A stretch of DNA of 51,557 nt, from NCBI GenBank assembly GCA_002762845.1, contig PCYB01000066.1, positions 1 to 51,557 on the forward strand, written 5' to 3'. Both the position numbers and the translations under genes were made by a program. Positions 47,651 to 51,557 of the stretch are shown in pieces. The notes beneath the pieces are model-generated. The model did not search any database, had not been told where the DNA came from, and was given only the letters and a program-made list of their open reading frames with translations. Position 1 is the first letter of the stretch; each line of letters begins with the position of its first letter. Source of the stretch: Candidatus Woesearchaeota archaeon CG10_big_fil_rev_8_21_14_0_10_36_11. Lineage in GTDB: Archaea; Nanobdellota; Nanobdellia; Woesearchaeales; GW2011-AR9.

Positions 47651-48382
47651 ATGACACTACCAATTGAAATAATACATTTTGTGGACGAAATAAGAAATAA
47701 CAGATATTTTCAAAGAGAAGTGCGTTTTGTTCAAGAAGGGTTGGGGGTCGAGTTACCTTTTGCTAACTTCTTTAAGGATTATGTACCAAAAGAAGAATGG
47801 TTCTATCGACACAATACTGGTGTTCATGATATCTCTCATGAAACGAGAGTTCTTGTTCTCTCAGAAATTATTGGAAGGTTAGTGCGCAAAAAGAGAGAAG
47901 TTCTTGTTGATATGAAGAGCATTCGCTGGGCAGCAATTACTCATGACACACAAAGAACTGGAGAAGGGTCTAATTATGAACATGGAGTAAAAGCTGCAGA
48001 GTGGGTCCAATCTAATGCCCACCGTATAATCCCTCATGATTGCGATTCAAGAGGAGAAGAGGTGAATATTGATCAAGTAGCATATCTTAATAAGTGGCAT
48101 GTTCCGCACGACTCTGAGGCCCCTGTTATGACTTTAGAACTTTCTATTCTTAAAGATGCAGATGGATTAGACAGGGTGAGGGTTGGAGAACTAAATCCAG
48201 TTTATTTAAGAACGGAAGAAGCAACAAGAATAGTTTTTGTTGCGTATGGTCTTTACGTGGTTAGTAACGCTTTACAACAACGGGATCAACATCAGCAACA
48301 TCATTTTGGTGAATATGCTTCTGTTATAGAAGCTGCAACATTGTTAGGAATCGTAAAGAGAAGTACACTTGGGCGAGAATGA
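47651..48382 (+). CDS. HD-domain phosphohydrolase
   Basis: HDISHETRV, ITHD, HG and LKDADGLDRVR motifs. Confidence 0.85.
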   Translation: MTLPIEIIHFVDEIRNNRYFQREVRFVQEGLGVELPFANFFKDYVPKEEWFYRHNTGVHDISHETRVLVLSEIIGRLVRKKREVLVDMKSIRWAAITHDTQRTGEGSNYEHGVKAAEWVQSNAHRIIPHDCDSRGEEVNIDQVAYLNKWHVPHDSEAPVMTLELSILKDADGLDRVRVGELNPVYLRTEEATRIVFVAYGLYVVSNALQQRDQHQQHHFGEYASVIEAATLLGIVKRSTLGRE

Positions 48383-48499
48383 GAATGAACATAAAAACAT
48401 AATCCGAATCCACAACTGAATGTTAGAATATCAATCAAGTGAATTAAAAAGACAGAAATAACAAGAATAACAAACAACAAAAAATAAACAAGAACAAAA

Positions 48500-49324
48500 A
48501 TGGACCCCGAATTAAGGTTAAGTTATATGAAGTATGTAGCCAGAACAGCCGGTGGTTTAATCAACGAAGCACTAGGGCGAGGTCTTAAAGTAAACTATAA
48601 AAATGACGGTTCTATTGTAACCTCTGCTGACCTTAGGGTAAGAGATTTTGTTCGGGAAGCGTTCACAAGAGAATTCTCAGAATGTGGTTTATTGACTGAA
48701 GAGAGTGAAGATTCTTTGGAACGGTTAACAAAAAAAGGAGTTATTATTGTTGATGAGGTAGATGGAAGTAACGAACTTAGAAAGGGGGGGTCAGACTTTT
48801 CATTTCAGTGTGCATATGTGGAAAATGGAATTCCTACTATTGGACTCATCTGTGAACCTCATAAAAATAGAATGTACTTTGCTCTAAAAGGGGGTAAGGC
48901 ATATCTTGTCGAGAGGGAAACGCAACCTATAGAATTACCTTCGTTAGAAAGAGTAGCGTGGGAAAATGTGCTTGTTGGCCATCATAGAAATGGGCGTGAT
49001 CATAGAAGACTTTATCGTCTTTTGGGAATACCTGAAAACAGAATTGTTACTTCTGGAAGCATGGGGACAAGGATGGTTCAAGCTGCTACTCGGGACATCC
49101 ATCTTTATGTAAGTTTTACAAGAAGATTAAAAGAATGGGACATTGCTGCTGGTCAGGTACTGCTTGAATCATTAGGATTTAGCGTGACAGATGTTTATGG
49201 AAAACAATTAGAATACAACAAAAGAAATCCAATAACTCAAAACGGTATATTGGTTGTTCATCCAGATATTAAGAGAGTTACTTTGAAAAAACTTTCTAGC
49301 TGTTATGATCAAGTTCTTTTTTGA
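48500..49324 (+). CDS. Inositol monophosphatase / CysQ (PAP phosphatase) family protein
   Basis: VTSAD, LTEE, VDEVDGS and EWDIAAG motifs. Confidence 0.9.
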   Translation: MDPELRLSYMKYVARTAGGLINEALGRGLKVNYKNDGSIVTSADLRVRDFVREAFTREFSECGLLTEESEDSLERLTKKGVIIVDEVDGSNELRKGGSDFSFQCAYVENGIPTIGLICEPHKNRMYFALKGGKAYLVERETQPIELPSLERVAWENVLVGHHRNGRDHRRLYRLLGIPENRIVTSGSMGTRMVQAATRDIHLYVSFTRRLKEWDIAAGQVLLESLGFSVTDVYGKQLEYNKRNPITQNGILVVHPDIKRVTLKKLSSCYDQVLF

Positions 49325-49331
49325 TAATCTC

Positions 49332-50069
49332 TTAAACGATATACTCCTCTAGCCCGACTTGTTTTTTTTCTGTCAACGTATATTTAGATCCGTCGTAAGT
49401 ATATCTTTCATGAACACCAATTATTCCTTTTGCTTCATCAATAAAAGGGCCATCGCTATTAGGATCATAATCAAGATAGAACATTTCCATACCGCCTCTA
49501 TGGAAATGTGTTACGATTCCCATCCCCAACTCGCCATGTAGGGTTCCTTTTATCTGGAATGTGTGAACATTATCATTAGCGAGGATAGGTAAACGTGGGA
49601 TACGCATCGCAAGTCTGGTTTTATTTCCACACTCTTCATTTCCTACACTTTTATCTAATGCAATAAAATGTTCTGGAAGTTCAGAATATGATGCAGACAA
49701 TCCTTTTGGATGTCCGTTTGCGATTTCCATCACTCTCGCAATCCTCGCATCGTTTAAATGGGCGATGTACGCTCCGTCTCCCCTATGCTTATTAAAATAT
49801 GTATGAAAATCATCATACCTTGGGACAGATGTAAACTTTAGTTTTTCTGGATCTTCAATCATTTCAGAAGTAGTAAGTTTCTCAACAAGCGTATCTCCAT
49901 TTGCAACAATTAAAAATCTTTTAACGTCATTGGGTGTGCGATGATCGTACCCAATATCCCCTTCTTCTACAAAATCAGCTTTTCCGTCATTAATATGTGG
50001 GGCTACGATTGGTAAGTTATGTTCTACATGTAATCTTACTAACCAATTGAACAACTGATCGCTTTCCAT
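49332..50069 (-). CDS. Hypothetical protein, possible divergent diadenylate cyclase (DAC/DisA_N) fold
   Basis: KRFLIV...F...GDGAYI...RI...GNKTRLA parallels DAC GALIV...HDGAVI...RI...GTRHRAA. Start at ATG 50069 is supported by a TATAAATA box about 25 bp upstream. Confidence 0.45.
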   Translation of the reverse strand: MESDQLFNWLVRLHVEHNLPIVAPHINDGKADFVEEGDIGYDHRTPNDVKRFLIVANGDTLVEKLTTSEMIEDPEKLKFTSVPRYDDFHTYFNKHRGDGAYIAHLNDARIARVMEIANGHPKGLSASYSELPEHFIALDKSVGNEECGNKTRLAMRIPRLPILANDNVHTFQIKGTLHGELGMGIVTHFHRGGMEMFYLDYDPNSDGPFIDEAKGIIGVHERYTYDGSKYTLTEKKQVGLEEYIV

Positions 50070-50174
50070 GCTATTAGTATACAAATGCCTATATTTATAT
50101 GTTGTTAGTTGTTTTTTTTGATTTATGGGTAAAACTTTAGTAAATTTTATAAATAAATAAAAATAACACTTGCC

Positions 50175-51164
50175 ATGGTTAGAATAAATAAAGAATTGTT
50201 GTTCATATGCTCTGAGAATGCTCGGGAAAAAATTAAAAGTATTAGTAGAGTTCGTCATCACAGTTCTCAAAGAACAAAATATGCAATAGAAGTCTTAAAA
50301 AAAGATAAAATAATATATAATCCTTTTTGTATATTTGACTATTCTTATTTCGGACTAATTTTGTTCAGGGTATACTTTAAAGGGGGGTACATAAGAGAAA
50401 AAGACAAACAGGCAATAGTTTCTAAACTAATTGAAAATCCTTACGTTGTATCGGTATATGAAATGTTAGGCGAGTTTGATATTGCAATAGAACTTGTATC
50501 GCCGAATCCTTCTCGGTTTAATAAAGAACTCAAAAAAGTAGCAAACCTCATCCCAACTCTAAACAGTTATAAAATGATCTTAAACATTGTTTCGTATTTA
50601 TATCCTCGGTTTTATTTAACTAAAGAATCAGACATTCTAATGATGGTAGAACAAGAAATATTGATTGGTGGTGATAGAAAAGTCGAAACATTTGACGAAA
50701 AAGAGATGCTTGTGATGAAAACTCTTTTGAATGATCCTTTAATCAGACTGACAACATTGGCGAAGAAATGTCAAATTAATGTTAAAACAGCAACAAATAT
50801 CATGAAAAGTTTGAAAAAAAGAAAAGTTATTCGGGGATTTAAATATAACGTTGGCGCAAGTCAACTTAATCTGCACAGGTTTAGGCTCTTTCTAAAACTT
50901 CACAATCTCACGACTGAACGGGAGTTTGATTTCATGAAACATATGTTAAGTACGAAAGAGATTATTGTGGTGAATAAAACTGTTGGCGACTGGGAAATGG
51001 AAATAGATTTAGAATCAACAAATAAACCAGATATCAGGAAAGTAATTGTTTATTTACGAGAAGAATTTAAAGATATAATTGAAAGTTTTAATAGCATTGA
51101 GTTTTATCATTATTATAAAAGATCATTTTTACCAGAGTACATTTTTCTGTCAGCAGAACAATAA
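50175..51164 (+). CDS. Lrp/AsnC family transcriptional regulator (tandem HTH-AsnC units)
   Basis: Two repeats of HTH + effector domain (GEFDIAI; GDWEMEI). Confidence 0.8.
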   Translation: MVRINKELLFICSENAREKIKSISRVRHHSSQRTKYAIEVLKKDKIIYNPFCIFDYSYFGLILFRVYFKGGYIREKDKQAIVSKLIENPYVVSVYEMLGEFDIAIELVSPNPSRFNKELKKVANLIPTLNSYKMILNIVSYLYPRFYLTKESDILMMVEQEILIGGDRKVETFDEKEMLVMKTLLNDPLIRLTTLAKKCQINVKTATNIMKSLKKRKVIRGFKYNVGASQLNLHRFRLFLKLHNLTTEREFDFMKHMLSTKEIIVVNKTVGDWEMEIDLESTNKPDIRKVIVYLREEFKDIIESFNSIEFYHYYKRSFLPEYIFLSAEQ

Positions 51165-51247
51165 ATACAATAAATGCAACAAATGCAACAAATATCCTTC
51201 CATTAAAAGTTAGAAGTGCTATTATAAATCTATAGAAAAATAAAAAG

Positions 51248-51369
51248 CGCCAACGCCCGGATTTGAACCGGGAATTCCTAACGGAACTGGTTATCTAGTA
51301 TTGGTAATTCGATTCTGTTGAAACATATTGTTTCAAGACCAGCGCAATACCGAGTTATGCGACGTTGGC
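51248..51369 (-). tRNA. tRNA-Ser(TGA) with 39-nt intron at 37/38 (51293..51331)
   Basis: Acceptor GCCAACG/CGTTGGC with G73, anticodon stem CTGGT/ACCAG, long variable arm TTCCGTTAGGAA, T arm CCCGG-TTCAAAT-CCGGG. Confidence 0.92.
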
Positions 51370-51379
51370 ATTAATGAGA

Positions 51380-51505
51380 TGGCGGTGGGGGGATTTGAGC
51401 CCCCGGCCTCTACGTACCTCAGTTATATCAAGTTAATCATCGAGCATTGCTCTCATCGCTCAAGCATATGAGCGTAGCGCTATAACCAGGCTTAGCTACA
51501 CCGCC
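51380..51505 (-). tRNA. tRNA-Met(CAT) (elongator-type; Ile2 not excluded) with 51-nt intron at 37/38 (51416..51466)
   Basis: Acceptor GGCGGTG/CACCGCC with A73, anticodon stem CTACG/CGTAG, BHB central helix CTCA/TGAG, T arm GGGGG-CTCAAAT-CCCCC. Confidence 0.9.
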
Positions 51506-51528
51506 TTCCACACAAGAATGATGGTGTT

Positions 51529-51540
51529 CTTTATATAAAG
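51529..51540 (-). promoter_or_regulatory. TATA box for the tRNA-Met/tRNA-Ser pair
   Basis: CTTTATATAAAG 24-35 bp upstream of the tRNA-Met 5' end. Confidence 0.7.
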
Positions 51541-51557
51541 ATTTCTGCAATTTAGTC

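Noticed and set aside
30955..51505. Ubl locus as a tRNA-integrated mobile island or provirus
   Set aside because: No integrase, transposase, capsid gene or duplicated tRNA 3' end (att site) found by eye.

Overview
AT-rich archaeal window, most consistent with a DPANN lineage such as Woesearchaeota (inferred from AglB/STT3, a KRGQ class III signal peptide, TATA-led leaderless genes and two intron-containing tRNAs). It has four parts. (1) 0-2.2 kb: two divergently arranged HIT-like paralogues and a PHP phosphoesterase. (2) 2.1-23 kb: an N-glycosylation/surface-glycan cluster with three GT4s, GT2+DUF2304, a GT-C, a UbiA-family DPPR-synthase-like enzyme, three radical SAM enzymes and an AglB fused to a parvulin PPIase. 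(3) 23-30.7 kb: secreted/surface proteins including two NlpC/P60-like Cys-His hydrolases, plus xth. (4) 30.9-49.3 kb: an 11-gene, co-directional locus that reads as an uncharacterised ubiquitin-like conjugation system. In order it encodes a SufS-type cysteine desulfurase, two unknown proteins, a beta-grasp/Ubl-like pro-protein with a C-terminal tail, a large E2/UBC-like protein (HPC...GSLC), a JAB/MPN+ protease, a two-domain (inactive+active adenylation) E1, a 1239-aa protein with five SH3-like (MIB/HERC2-like) repeats, a radical SAM enzyme sharing that repeat module, an HD hydrolase and a CysQ/IMPase. A convergent, divergent diadenylate-cyclase-fold candidate, an Lrp/AsnC regulator, tRNA-Ser(TGA) and tRNA-Met(CAT) follow. 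All domain calls are by-eye motif recognition; no searches were run.
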